DNA from: Bacteroidetes bacterium 37-13 | GTDB lineage: Bacteria; Bacteroidota; Bacteroidia; Chitinophagales; LD1 | Direction of reading: 5' to 3' | Length of the DNA: 64,000 nucleotides | Assembly (NCBI GenBank): GCA_001897535.1 | Contig: MKTC01000021.1 | Coordinates: forward strand, 24,532-88,531 | In this document: piece after piece, positions 9,667 through 19,126 of the stretch | Position numbering within the stretch: position 1 is the first letter of the stretch | How the letters are laid out: each line of letters begins with the position of its first letter | Program-made: the position numbers and the translations under genes | Notes under the pieces: generated by a model | Seen by the model: the letters and a program-made list of their open reading frames with translations, nothing else | Database searches by the model: none | Told to the model about the DNA's origin: nothing

Positions 9667-10197
9667 ATGCAATTAACGAACGAAACTATACAACAAAAAC
9701 TCACCGAAAAATTTGGTGAAGTAGTAAGCGCTTTTGAAGAACCGTGGGGAATGCTCACTTTTGAAGTGCAACGCGATAAAATGCTTGAAGTGATGCAATG
9801 GCTTCGCGATGATAAAGAAATGGGGTTTACCTTCCTTACCGATTTATGCGGAGTACACTATCCAGATAACGAAGTGGAAAGACAGTTTGCAGCGGTTTAT
9901 CACATGCACAACTGGGTTGCTAATGTGCGCATTCGCTTTAAAGCATTTTTAAACGGTGAAAAACCTGAAGTAGAAAGCGCAACACCATTGTTCAACGAAG
10001 CAAATTGGCAAGAAAGAGAAACCTATGATTTTTACGGAATTGTTTTTAAAGGTCATCCGGATTTAAGGCGCATTATGAATATGGACGAAATGGTTTCTTT
10101 TCCGCAAAGAAAAGAGTTCCCATTAGAAGACCAAGGCAGAACTGATAAAGACGACCGCTATTTTGGAAGAGAACAACCTCGGCTAAGCGTTTATTAA
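9667..10197 (+). CDS. nuoC: NADH-quinone oxidoreductase subunit C
   Basis: ANWQERETYDFYGIVFKGHPDLRRI is the classic NuoC block. Confidence 0.9.
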   Translation: MQLTNETIQQKLTEKFGEVVSAFEEPWGMLTFEVQRDKMLEVMQWLRDDKEMGFTFLTDLCGVHYPDNEVERQFAAVYHMHNWVANVRIRFKAFLNGEKPEVESATPLFNEANWQERETYDFYGIVFKGHPDLRRIMNMDEMVSFPQRKEFPLEDQGRTDKDDRYFGREQPRLSVY

Positions 10198-10265
10198 AAA
10201 TTTATTTTTTTAAGAACAACGCGCACAAACAGAAACAATAATTGCAAACAGAAATATTTGAGAAC

Positions 10266-11507
10266 ATGAGCCAAACGAACAAACCGGTAACTATTGAAGA
10301 AAAATATGCCGAGCTGATTCGTCAAAGAAAAAAAGAAGACGGCAGTGAACTAAGCATATTAAACTTAGGACCCACACACCCGGCAACACACGGAATTTTT
10401 CAAAACGTGTTGTTGATGGATGGTGAAAAAATTGTAGATGCCGAACAAACTTTGGGCTATATCCACCGCGCATTTGAAAAAATTTCAGAGAACCGCCCAT
10501 TCTACCAAATTAACGTTTTAACCGATAGAATGAACTATTGTTCATCGCCTATCAACAACTTTGGCTATTGGCTCACGGTAGAAAAATTGCTGGGAGTTGA
10601 AGTTCCTAAACGCGCACAATATTTGCGTGTTATTATGATGGAATTGGCGCGCATTGCCGACCACATTATTTGTAATTCAATTTTAGTTTTCGATGCAGGG
10701 GCGTTTACTCCGTTTTTATATTTGTTCCAATACCGCGAAAAAATATACGAAATTTACGAAGAGCTTTGCGGAGCACGATTAACCACAAACATGGGTCGTA
10801 TTGGCGGTTTGGAGCGCGATTTGAGTGCCGTAGGTTTTCGCAAGTTGAAAAAATTTATCAAGGAATTTAAAATTGGCTTACGCGAATTTGAAGACCTTTC
10901 TACTCGTGGAAGAATTTTTATGGATAGAACCATAAACGTAGGCGGAATAAGTGCAGAAAAAGCAATGAGCTATGGTTTTACAGGGCCAAACTTACGGGCA
11001 GCGGGAATAGATTACGATGTGCGCGTGGCTACACCATACAGCAGTTACCAAGATTTTGATTTCAAAATTCCGGTTGGGCAAAGTGGTGATACTTACGACC
11101 GTTTTTGCGTGCGCAACACCGAAATGTGGGAGAGTTTAAAAATAATAGAACAAGCATTAGCAGGTTTGCCAGAAGGCGCTATTCATGCTGATGTGCCGGA
11201 TTACTATTTGCCTCCAAAAGAGTGGGTTTACAATAACATGGAAGCCTTAATTTATCACTTCAAAATTGTGATGGGCGAAATTCCTGTTCCGGTTGGTGAA
11301 GTATATCATTCTGTAGAAGGTGGAAATGGCGAATTAGGTTTCTATCTAATTTCTGATGGAAGTCGTGTTCCATACCGCTTACATTTCCGCAGACCATGCT
11401 TTATTTATTACCAAGCATACACCGAAATGATTAAAGGTGGCTATTTAAGCGATGCTATTTTAATATTAAGCTCGCTTAACGTAATTGCCGGTGAGTTAGA
11501 TGCGTAA
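10266..11507 (+). CDS. nuoD: NADH-quinone oxidoreductase subunit D
   Basis: LNLGPTHPATHG, RIADHI and the C-terminal LSSLNVIAGELDA are NuoD blocks. The ATG at 10266 is more likely than the TTG at 10242 given in the track. Confidence 0.9.
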   Translation: MSQTNKPVTIEEKYAELIRQRKKEDGSELSILNLGPTHPATHGIFQNVLLMDGEKIVDAEQTLGYIHRAFEKISENRPFYQINVLTDRMNYCSSPINNFGYWLTVEKLLGVEVPKRAQYLRVIMMELARIADHIICNSILVFDAGAFTPFLYLFQYREKIYEIYEELCGARLTTNMGRIGGLERDLSAVGFRKLKKFIKEFKIGLREFEDLSTRGRIFMDRTINVGGISAEKAMSYGFTGPNLRAAGIDYDVRVATPYSSYQDFDFKIPVGQSGDTYDRFCVRNTEMWESLKIIEQALAGLPEGAIHADVPDYYLPPKEWVYNNMEALIYHFKIVMGEIPVPVGEVYHSVEGGNGELGFYLISDGSRVPYRLHFRRPCFIYYQAYTEMIKGGYLSDAILILSSLNVIAGELDA

Positions 11508-11516
11508 ATTTTGCAG

Positions 11517-11540
11517 TTAAGTTCGTTGCAATTTAATAAC
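11517..11540. repeat. 24-bp direct repeat, copy 1 (TTAAGTTCGTTGCAATTTAATAAC)
   Basis: Exact 24/24 match to 12948-12971. It lies 10 bp after the nuoD stop. Confidence 0.95.
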
Positions 11541-11650
11541 TCGTCTAGACGTGGGCTGTGGCTACAAAAGATAATTTTTAAAACAATGAACAAAGAATAG
11601 AAGTGCTTAATTTAAGAGTGATAACGCTAAAAGCATTATTCTTGTTTAGA

Positions 11651-11667
11651 CGTAGGCACAGCCTACG
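11651..11667. repeat. Perfect hairpin CGTAGGC-ACA-GCCTACG with a degenerate inverted partner at 11551-11565
   Basis: 7-bp stem with a 3-nt loop. The reverse complement of GTAGGCACAGCCTAC matches GTGGGCTGTGGCTAC (11551-11565) at 13/15 positions. Both copies are preceded by TAGAC. Confidence 0.7.
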
Positions 11668-11671
11668 CCCA

Positions 11672-12673
11672 GTGAGAAGCAAACCCATTAAACGCCTATT
11701 TTTAATAGTTCTCATTGGTATATTTTCCTGCAATGCTTGTGCACAGATGGTAGATATGAAAGTGGTAACCCAAACCTTAGAGAAAGTTTTGAAACAAAAG
11801 ATTGACCAACTTTCAAAAAATGATTACGAGCAAGTAATTTATTTTCTTCACCCCGATGGAGTTACCGCAGATTGCTTTAGTACAAGCAAGACAACCAGCT
11901 TTACAAAAATAAATCATCACTTTCAGTTGCCACTAAACAACCTGAGCTACGTTTTTCCTCCACCCGATAGTATTTCTGAAAACAAGAAAGACAGCACCAT
12001 CATCTATCATTTCCCTCCTGGAGGCTACTCCTATATTCAGCAAAATGATTTATCAAATTTAATCACTATCCAAAACGACACTTTCATTTACAAACCCACT
12101 GACCGTAAAAAATATATGGGCAATCATTTTGGAATAGCAACCGATAAGGCTAATGGAATAAACAGCCTTAGCTATGCCTGGCTGCTACCCGAATCATTTG
12201 AAGTGCTTTATTACAAAAGCAACCGAAAAGGGAACTGGACTGCCCAAAACAATATGATTCATTTCATCGCCTCTCCAAATCAAAACGATTTTTTGTTTGA
12301 AATTGCCTACAAGCGAACCACAAAAATTCCTGAAGAAATCAACGGCAGAAAAATTAACTACACTAAAACAATAAACATTGCTTCGCCAGATATTACTATA
12401 AAAGCCAGCGACCCACAACGATCCGATGGCGACATCATTTCACTAAATCTTAATGGAGAATGGGTTCTACGTGGCTTTGAAGTTTCCGAACACCCGCTAT
12501 CGCTAAAAGTAACAGTTTCTAACATGCAGAATTATCTAATTCTTTATGCGGACAATGAAGGCATAATACCACCAAACACCGCTGCTATCGAAGTTTGGGA
12601 TGGCACAACCACACAAAAGATAACTTTAAACGCGGCAAAAGGCTACTGTGAAGCAATAATTTTAAAACGCTAA
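11672..12673 (+). CDS. Hypothetical lipoprotein (cargo of the repeat-bounded cassette)
   Basis: A GTG at 11672 gives MRSKPIKRLFLIVLIGIFSCNAC, a clean lipoprotein signal. The track start at 11603 adds an unlikely basic leader. I recognise no family. Confidence 0.6.
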   Translation: MRSKPIKRLFLIVLIGIFSCNACAQMVDMKVVTQTLEKVLKQKIDQLSKNDYEQVIYFLHPDGVTADCFSTSKTTSFTKINHHFQLPLNNLSYVFPPPDSISENKKDSTIIYHFPPGGYSYIQQNDLSNLITIQNDTFIYKPTDRKKYMGNHFGIATDKANGINSLSYAWLLPESFEVLYYKSNRKGNWTAQNNMIHFIASPNQNDFLFEIAYKRTTKIPEEINGRKINYTKTINIASPDITIKASDPQRSDGDIISLNLNGEWVLRGFEVSEHPLSLKVTVSNMQNYLILYADNEGIIPPNTAAIEVWDGTTTQKITLNAAKGYCEAIILKR

Positions 12674-12676
12674 CTT

Positions 12677-12865
12677 GTGAAGATAAATCCACTTGAATAT
12701 GAACTTGGTTTTGACAGGAGTGAATTCAATTATTCAGCAAAATTTAGACGCTATAAAAAAACAAATCATAATGATGAAGTATTTATTTGGCAAAACAGCG
12801 ACAAATCAATTAAACCATATACCGATAATGAACTTCTCTTCAACAATTTCGATGTGCGCTTTTAG
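12677..12865 (+). CDS. Small hypothetical ORF (GTG start, 62 aa)
   Basis: Starts 4 nt after the upstream stop. No recognisable motifs. It may be non-coding. Confidence 0.25.
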   Translation: MKINPLEYELGFDRSEFNYSAKFRRYKKTNHNDEVFIWQNSDKSIKPYTDNELLFNNFDVRF

Positions 12866-12947
12866 CTTATTTACTGCACTTTCATACATTTACCCTAAGC
12901 GGACAGAGTAGTGCCTCCTAAACCCGCACTTCACAAAGCCAAAAACA

Positions 12948-12971
12948 TTAAGTTCGTTGCAATTTAATAAC
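12948..12971. repeat. 24-bp direct repeat, copy 2 (the 3' end plus stop codon of the metallophosphoesterase gene)
   Basis: The reverse complement GTTATTAAATTGCAACGAACTTAA encodes VIKLQRT-stop of the CDS at 12948-14183. Confidence 0.95.
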
Positions 12972-14183
12972 CGTTATTTCAGGTAAAATACCAACCCTGC
13001 CCGGATAGCCCAAAAAGCCAAATCCTCGGTTTACGTAAAGATATTGTGCACCTTCTTGGTAAAGCCCCGCCCATTGCTTGTAAGCCCACTGCGAGGGACT
13101 CCATTTTATGTATTTATTTTCTATCCCAAATTGGAAACCGTGCGTGTGTCCGCTAAGCATTAAATCAACGTCAGGATATTCGGGGCGTACTTGCACGTCC
13201 CAATGCGAAGGGTCGTGGCTCAATAAAATTTTAAAAGGAATATTTTCAGTTCCGGCATACGCCAATTCCATTTTTCCGTATTTTGGAAAGTGCATTTTTG
13301 CTCCCCAGTTTTCTATTCCAAGCACTGCAATTTTTTCGCCATCTTTTTCAATAATTCTGTGCTCGTTCATTAAAATATCCCAACCCATTTCTTTATGTGT
13401 GTTTAGCAAGCGCTTAAAGTTATCTTGTTTTTCTTCAATGCTATTCCAAGGAATATAATCTCCGTAATCATGATTTCCCGTTACGCTCATCACGCCATAT
13501 TTTGCACGAAGGCGCGAAAAAAACTGTTTGTAGTCTTTCATCTCATCGGCAATGTTGTTTACCAAGTCTCCCGTAAACAGTATTAAGTCAGGGTTTAGAG
13601 CATTTATTTTTGCAATTACTTCTTCTATGGGATGTGTGCGTGTAAACGAACCGGAATGAATATCGCTGAGTTGTATAATTGTAAAACCTTCAAAGGATTT
13701 CGGCAAATTAGGAAACGAAATATTTTGTTTTCTGAAACGATAATTGTAGGCATTGTTTATTGACCCATAAATTAAAGTGCCGAAAGGAACTGCGGCAGCA
13801 ATAAGCGCTAATTTATTCAGAAAATCACTGCGCGAAATGCCGGATTGTATTCCCATGCTGGCATTGGGACCTTGAAATTTTTGTAGAAACCAGCGCACCA
13901 CGCGCACAATATCTTCAGGAAATAAAAAGAGGGCAGCCACCAATTTTGCCACGCTAAAACTGATAAAAAGCGTTGCCATCACTGTTTTCAATTCTCTGGA
14001 AACATCGTTGATTCCTAAGGTTCTAAACGAAATAAAATAAATCCACAACAGCAGCGTGAGTACGATATAAAAAATGATGGCAATTCTTTGCACCGCAGGT
14101 GTTTTAGAAAATATTCCTCGAAAAGCCACATATCCGTAATATTCAATAAGCAGCACAATTACAATAGCAACTACAAACTTCAT
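12948..14183 (-). CDS. Membrane-anchored metallophosphoesterase (YkuE-like)
   Basis: The N-terminal part has several TM helices. It is followed by LSDIHSG, GDLV, GNHD and SGHTHG phosphoesterase motifs. Confidence 0.85.
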   Translation of the reverse strand: MKFVVAIVIVLLIEYYGYVAFRGIFSKTPAVQRIAIIFYIVLTLLLWIYFISFRTLGINDVSRELKTVMATLFISFSVAKLVAALFLFPEDIVRVVRWFLQKFQGPNASMGIQSGISRSDFLNKLALIAAAVPFGTLIYGSINNAYNYRFRKQNISFPNLPKSFEGFTIIQLSDIHSGSFTRTHPIEEVIAKINALNPDLILFTGDLVNNIADEMKDYKQFFSRLRAKYGVMSVTGNHDYGDYIPWNSIEEKQDNFKRLLNTHKEMGWDILMNEHRIIEKDGEKIAVLGIENWGAKMHFPKYGKMELAYAGTENIPFKILLSHDPSHWDVQVRPEYPDVDLMLSGHTHGFQFGIENKYIKWSPSQWAYKQWAGLYQEGAQYLYVNRGFGFLGYPGRVGILPEITVIKLQRT

Positions 14184-14279
14184 TTATTATATTTAAGTTA
14201 GAATTTGAAATAATCGTTACAAAATAGATTTTTACAAGCGTGTTTAAAGACGTTTACCTTCTCACAAAATGCTAAATGA

Positions 14280-15983
14280 ATGAATTTGTTTCTGAAAATA
14301 ACTTTGCTAACTTTTTTTTGTTTTAATTTTTGTTTTCAATCGTTTGCCATTGGCAATGGGAGGCAAGCAAAAGGCTTTACCCGCTGCGACACTTTGCGCG
14401 GCAGCTTGCGTGATGAGCGAACATGCTACGATGTTACTTACTACGATTTAAGCGTAACGATAGACACTGCAAAACAAGCCATTTCGGGAGTAAACAAAAT
14501 TTACTACAAAGCGCTGCAAACTTTTGATGTGATGCAGATAGATTTTTTCAGCAATATGGTGATTGATAAAATTGAGTACAAAGGCGTTGTAGTTCCGTAC
14601 AAGCGCGAATGTGATGCGGTTTTTGTTTACACAAGAAAAGAACTAACACAAGCTCGCGGAAGCGAAGGAAGTTTAGAAGTTTATTTTCACGGCTACCCGA
14701 AAGTGGCGCGCAATGCGCCTTGGGACGGTGGTTTCACTTGGAAGTACGATGAAGAAGGAACACCTTTTATCGCTACTTCGGTGCAAGGAATTGGTGCAAG
14801 TTTGTGGTATCCATGCAAAGATTATTTGGGCGATGAGCCGGATAGTATGCGCATTAGCATTACATGTCCACAAAATTTAACCGCTGTGAGCAATGGGCAA
14901 TATGAAGGCGTGGAGAAAAATGAAGATGGAACACAGCAATGGAAATGGTTTGTGAGCTATCCGATAAACACCTACAATGTTTCGCTCAACTTAGGCAACT
15001 ACGCTCATTTTGAAGATGAATTTACCTACAGCGATGGCGAAAAATTAAAACTTAATTACTATGTGCTGAAGTATAATCTCGATAAGGCAAAAGAGCAGTT
15101 TAAGCAAGTGAAACCAATGCTCAAATGTTACGAAAAATATTTGGGCAAATATCCATTTATGCGCGATGGTTACAAGTTGATAGAAGTTCCTTATTTGGGC
15201 ATGGAACACCAAAGTGCCATTGCCTATGGAAACGGCTATAAAAATGGCTACGCAGGAATTGATTTTTCGAAAATTGGGGTGCTATTTGATTACATTATTA
15301 TTCACGAAAGTGGGCATGAGTGGTGGGGAAACAGCGTGAGCTGCAAAGATCTTGCAGACATGTGGATTCACGAAAGTTTTTGCACCTATACCGAATCTAT
15401 TTATGTAGAATGTTTGCACGATTACAAAACAGCCTTACGCTATATTAACGCAAAGAAAAATACGGTTGGAAATCGCTCACCAATTATTGGACCTTATGGC
15501 GTGAACCAAGAAGGCGACAAAGACATGTATTCTAAAGGCAGTTTAATTCTAAATACTTTTAGAAGCGTTTTGGGCAACGATAATTTATGGTGGAGTTTAA
15601 TTAAGAACATTAGCGATACTACTTTTAAAATTAAAAATGTTGATGCAAACGAATTGCTGGCACACATCAATAAATATACCGGATACGATTTCACCGCTAT
15701 GTTTAATCAGTATTTCAGATATGCAGCAATACCAACTTTTGTTTACACTTTAAAGAAAGCGAAAGGCAAAGAATATGAACTGAAATATCGCTGGCAAACA
15801 GATGTTCCAAATTTTAAAATGCCTGTTTTTATTCAAACAGGAAATGGTAAAAACCAAAGAATTGAATGTACCAACGAAGAGCAAACATTAAAGATGAAAC
15901 TTGCTTCGCCTTCCAAGTTTTTAGTAAATGAAAATCTCATTTTCATCAACGTGCAAAATACATCAACTAAAGCGGAAAAATAA
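14280..15983 (+). CDS. M1-family zinc metallopeptidase (aminopeptidase N-like)
   Basis: Signal peptide. It has HESGHEWWGN followed by WIHESF, which is the HExxH-x18-E gluzincin signature. Confidence 0.85.
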   Translation: MNLFLKITLLTFFCFNFCFQSFAIGNGRQAKGFTRCDTLRGSLRDERTCYDVTYYDLSVTIDTAKQAISGVNKIYYKALQTFDVMQIDFFSNMVIDKIEYKGVVVPYKRECDAVFVYTRKELTQARGSEGSLEVYFHGYPKVARNAPWDGGFTWKYDEEGTPFIATSVQGIGASLWYPCKDYLGDEPDSMRISITCPQNLTAVSNGQYEGVEKNEDGTQQWKWFVSYPINTYNVSLNLGNYAHFEDEFTYSDGEKLKLNYYVLKYNLDKAKEQFKQVKPMLKCYEKYLGKYPFMRDGYKLIEVPYLGMEHQSAIAYGNGYKNGYAGIDFSKIGVLFDYIIIHESGHEWWGNSVSCKDLADMWIHESFCTYTESIYVECLHDYKTALRYINAKKNTVGNRSPIIGPYGVNQEGDKDMYSKGSLILNTFRSVLGNDNLWWSLIKNISDTTFKIKNVDANELLAHINKYTGYDFTAMFNQYFRYAAIPTFVYTLKKAKGKEYELKYRWQTDVPNFKMPVFIQTGNGKNQRIECTNEEQTLKMKLASPSKFLVNENLIFINVQNTSTKAEK

Positions 15984-15997
15984 CTCCGCTTGATGTA

Positions 15998-16570
15998 TTA
16001 TCTTTTGATGTGCCCAAACCAGTTTTTAAGTATCTGCAATCCGTGAACGGTTAAAATAGATTCAGGGTGAAACTGCAAGCCTGCAAGCGGAAATTTTGGA
16101 TGTGCAATTGCCATAATTTCATTCTGTTGAGTTTGTGCAATTGTTTCCATTGGGCTTGTTTTCTCTGCTTCTAAAATAAGCGAATGATAGCGCATCACTT
16201 CAAAAGTTTCGGGCAAATTTTTGAATAAAAAATGCTCGGAATTAGTTGTGATTAAAGAAGTTTTTCCGTGTGTTGGTGCTGCTGCTCTTTTCAACTTCAT
16301 ACCAAAAAAAGAGCCTAGAGCTTGATGTCCTAAACAAATGCCTAAAATTGGAACTATGGTGTGAAGCTTTTCAATAAGCGGCAAAGTAATTCCGGCATTA
16401 TCAGGCGTTTTGGGCCCTGCAGAAATAACGATGCTGCTGAATGACAGTTCAGATATTTCACTCAAAGATTTTTCATCGTTGCGAATTACTAAACAAGTTT
16501 CGCCACACTGCAAAATGTAATCGCGCAGCATGTAGGTAAACGAATCATAATTATCTATGAGTAAAACCAT
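15998..16570 (-). CDS. Glutamine amidotransferase component II of anthranilate/aminodeoxychorismate synthase
   Basis: MVLLIDNYDSFTY, GICLGHQ and QFHPES form the class-I GATase triad context. The ATG at 16570 is preferred over 16603. Confidence 0.85.
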   Translation of the reverse strand: MVLLIDNYDSFTYMLRDYILQCGETCLVIRNDEKSLSEISELSFSSIVISAGPKTPDNAGITLPLIEKLHTIVPILGICLGHQALGSFFGMKLKRAAAPTHGKTSLITTNSEHFLFKNLPETFEVMRYHSLILEAEKTSPMETIAQTQQNEIMAIAHPKFPLAGLQFHPESILTVHGLQILKNWFGHIKR

Positions 16571-16980
16571 CTTTTTGCTTGGGGCGCGAAGTTGCAAAAC
16601 CATTTACATTATTAGAATAGTAATTGTGCGAAGTGTGTTTAAGATTTTTTTTACGCTATAAAATTACAAGCACGAAAGACTAAGTAAAGAAGAGACTCTT
16701 CAAGTAAATTTCAATTTCTCTGAAGTTTAATAGTTGAATAAACAATTGCTTTTTTCTTGCTGAAAATTAGGTTGGTTTATATGAAAATTAAAAAAATGTG
16801 TCTGAATAAATTTAATGCTGAAATTAATTTGGCAAAGCACTAAACGACAATACATTTTAAGAAACAAAAGCAAAACCCAAAAGCCTGATTGCTGAAAAAA
16901 TTTGGTAGTGTCGCAAAAACAAATAGTTTTGGCACTCCTAATTTAAAAAATTCATTTAGTAACTAAAAACAAATACTGTT

Positions 16981-17802
16981 ATGGCTCAGGCTAACACAGC
17001 TCAAAAACAAAAATCAGGAAGTTTTCCTATGGGTACTGTAGTAATGATTACTGCACTTGTTGTTTCAGAACTTATTTTCCATTTTGTGTTTGGCGATGTT
17101 AAACACTTTGTGGACGAAACTCGCCACGAAGCAAAACCAGGAGATTACTTGGGAATTATTTACAAAGGAGGTTTTATCGTACCTATTTTAATGACCATGA
17201 CAATCGTTGTATTCACTTTTGCAATAGAGCGTTTTATTACTTTGCGCAAAGCTAATGGAACTGGTTCTTTGGAAGCGTTCCTACAAAAAGTAAAACACCT
17301 TTTATCTACTAACGATATTGCAACTGCAAAAGCAGAATGCAACAAACAAAAAGGTTCAGTTGCCAACGTTGTATTAGCAGGTTTAACCAAATACGAAGAA
17401 ATGGCTTCTAATACAGAATTAGAAGAAGAGAAAAAATTATTAGCTATCAGCAAAGAAATCGAAGAAGCAACTTCATTAGAATTGCCTTCATTAGAAAAAA
17501 ACTTGCCAATCTTAGCAACTATCGCTTCGGTTGCAACCTTAGTTGCGCTTTTGGGAACGGTACTTGGTATGATTAGAGCTTTCGCGGCAATGGCCACCTC
17601 GGGTTCTCCAGACCCTGGCGCATTGGCAGAAGGTATCTCTGAAGCCTTGATTAACACGGCTATCGGTATCGGAACATCGGCTTTTGCTATCATTTTCTAT
17701 AACATCTTCACCGGAATGATTGATAAATTAACTTACGGTATTGATGAAATAGGATTTTCTATAGCACAGTCATTTGCAACTAGCGCAAAAAAGAGTAAAT
17801 AA
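16981..17802 (+). CDS. exbB: MotA/TolQ/ExbB proton-channel protein
   Basis: TM topology and the LLGTVLGMIRAF...ISEALINTAIGI block. It is followed by two ExbD genes and TonB. Confidence 0.85.
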   Translation: MAQANTAQKQKSGSFPMGTVVMITALVVSELIFHFVFGDVKHFVDETRHEAKPGDYLGIIYKGGFIVPILMTMTIVVFTFAIERFITLRKANGTGSLEAFLQKVKHLLSTNDIATAKAECNKQKGSVANVVLAGLTKYEEMASNTELEEEKKLLAISKEIEEATSLELPSLEKNLPILATIASVATLVALLGTVLGMIRAFAAMATSGSPDPGALAEGISEALINTAIGIGTSAFAIIFYNIFTGMIDKLTYGIDEIGFSIAQSFATSAKKSK

Positions 17803-17829
17803 TTTTTTAAACCTAAAAAGCATTCAGCA

Positions 17830-18459
17830 ATGCCAAAGGTTAAAGTTCCAAGGAAAAGTACAATAGTGGATATGACCGCCATGTGTGACGTGTCGTTCCT
17901 GCTACTTACTTTCTTTATCTTAACAGCAAAGTTTAATCCGGATCAAACAGTTCCGTTAGACATGCCATCTTCGCGCTCAACCATAAAAGTAGAAGATGCC
18001 ATATACATAACTATTGATAAAATTGGAAAGGTTTATTGGACAACCAATGCCAGCACCATGCGCTATGAAGCGCTCAATAATTTGATAGAAAAGTATGGTG
18101 ATAAGTATCCTGCTATTAAAAATTTAACCGAAGACCAAAAGAAGCAATTTGCTGTAATGGAAATTGTAGGCGGTCCGGTTGAAGATATACCAAGAGTGAT
18201 TGCGATGAGCGGAATACAACTGACAGACTATAAAAAGAAAATGCCCGGCATACCTGTGGATTCTTTACATAATCAGTTAGGCGACTGGATAATGGCGGCA
18301 AGATATGCAAATCCTAAAATGAGGATAGCTATTAAAGGTGATAAGTTTACCAATATCCAAACTGTAGAGCGTGTAATTGCAATTTTAAAAGAAAAAGAAG
18401 TGTATCGCTTTAATTTAATTACCAACCTTTCAACCGGAGGTAATAAAACTGAAGAATAA
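17830..18459 (+). CDS. exbD: ExbD/TolR biopolymer transport protein
   Basis: N-terminal DMTAMCDVSFLLLTFFIL anchor typical of ExbD. Confidence 0.8.
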   Translation: MPKVKVPRKSTIVDMTAMCDVSFLLLTFFILTAKFNPDQTVPLDMPSSRSTIKVEDAIYITIDKIGKVYWTTNASTMRYEALNNLIEKYGDKYPAIKNLTEDQKKQFAVMEIVGGPVEDIPRVIAMSGIQLTDYKKKMPGIPVDSLHNQLGDWIMAARYANPKMRIAIKGDKFTNIQTVERVIAILKEKEVYRFNLITNLSTGGNKTEE

Positions 18460-18486
18460 TTCATTTAAAAAAGTAGAAGCTAAGTT

Positions 18487-19074
18487 ATGGCAGATATAGA
18501 TACCTCGAGTAGTGGCAAGGGTGACGGAAAGGTAAGAAGTAAGAAAATGTCAACGCGTGTGGATTTAACTCCAATGGTTGACTTAGCTTTCCTTCTTATC
18601 ACCTTCTTCATGCTTACCACCACACTCAACAAACCTCAGGCAATGGAATTAAACATGCCTAAAAAGGTAGAGCAGCCGGAGGAGCAAACAGATGTTGCCG
18701 ATTGTCAGGTAATGAATATTCTGTTGGATACTTTAGACCAAGTTTGGTATTACGAAGGATTATCGGTGGCAGGCTTGCAAAAGACAACATTTGCAGGAGA
18801 TGGTGGTATTCGCAAAGAAATTTTGAAGAAGCAAAAGGAATTGGTAAAAAGCGGTACTTGTGTTTATCCTGCCGGAAATAAAAGAGCCGGGCAGCCGCGC
18901 GATTTTATTGTACTCATTAAAATGCTGAAAGGCGCTCGCTACGATAACATGGTGAATATTTTAGATGAAATGGATATTACCGGAACCAAGATATATGCTA
19001 TCCAAGCTCCGGATCCAATTGAAATTGAAGCTATTGACAACGGAGGAGTAGTGAAAAATTTTGCCGCTCAATAA
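18487..19074 (+). CDS. exbD: ExbD/TolR biopolymer transport protein (second paralog)
   Basis: DLTPMVDLAFLLITFFMLTT anchor. Confidence 0.8.
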   Translation: MADIDTSSSGKGDGKVRSKKMSTRVDLTPMVDLAFLLITFFMLTTTLNKPQAMELNMPKKVEQPEEQTDVADCQVMNILLDTLDQVWYYEGLSVAGLQKTTFAGDGGIRKEILKKQKELVKSGTCVYPAGNKRAGQPRDFIVLIKMLKGARYDNMVNILDEMDITGTKIYAIQAPDPIEIEAIDNGGVVKNFAAQ

Positions 19075-19126
19075 TTATGGAAAAAAAAGTATTGGTGCAT
19101 CATAAAATAAAAGCGTAACAAAAGCT

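Noticed and set aside
12011-12022. The CCTCCTGGAGG palindrome, considered as another copy of the DUF559-cassette boundary.
   Set aside because: It is only 11 bp, lacks the TT..AA extension, and simply encodes PPGG inside the lipoprotein ORF.
16604-16980. A 377-bp AT-rich intergenic region upstream of exbB, considered as a possible sRNA or riboswitch.
   Set aside because: I could find no stable hairpins, repeats or conserved-looking motifs by eye. It is most simply a divergent promoter region.
17160-17693. A 177-aa minus-strand ORF.
   Set aside because: It is fully antisense to exbB, which has clear family motifs and operon context.
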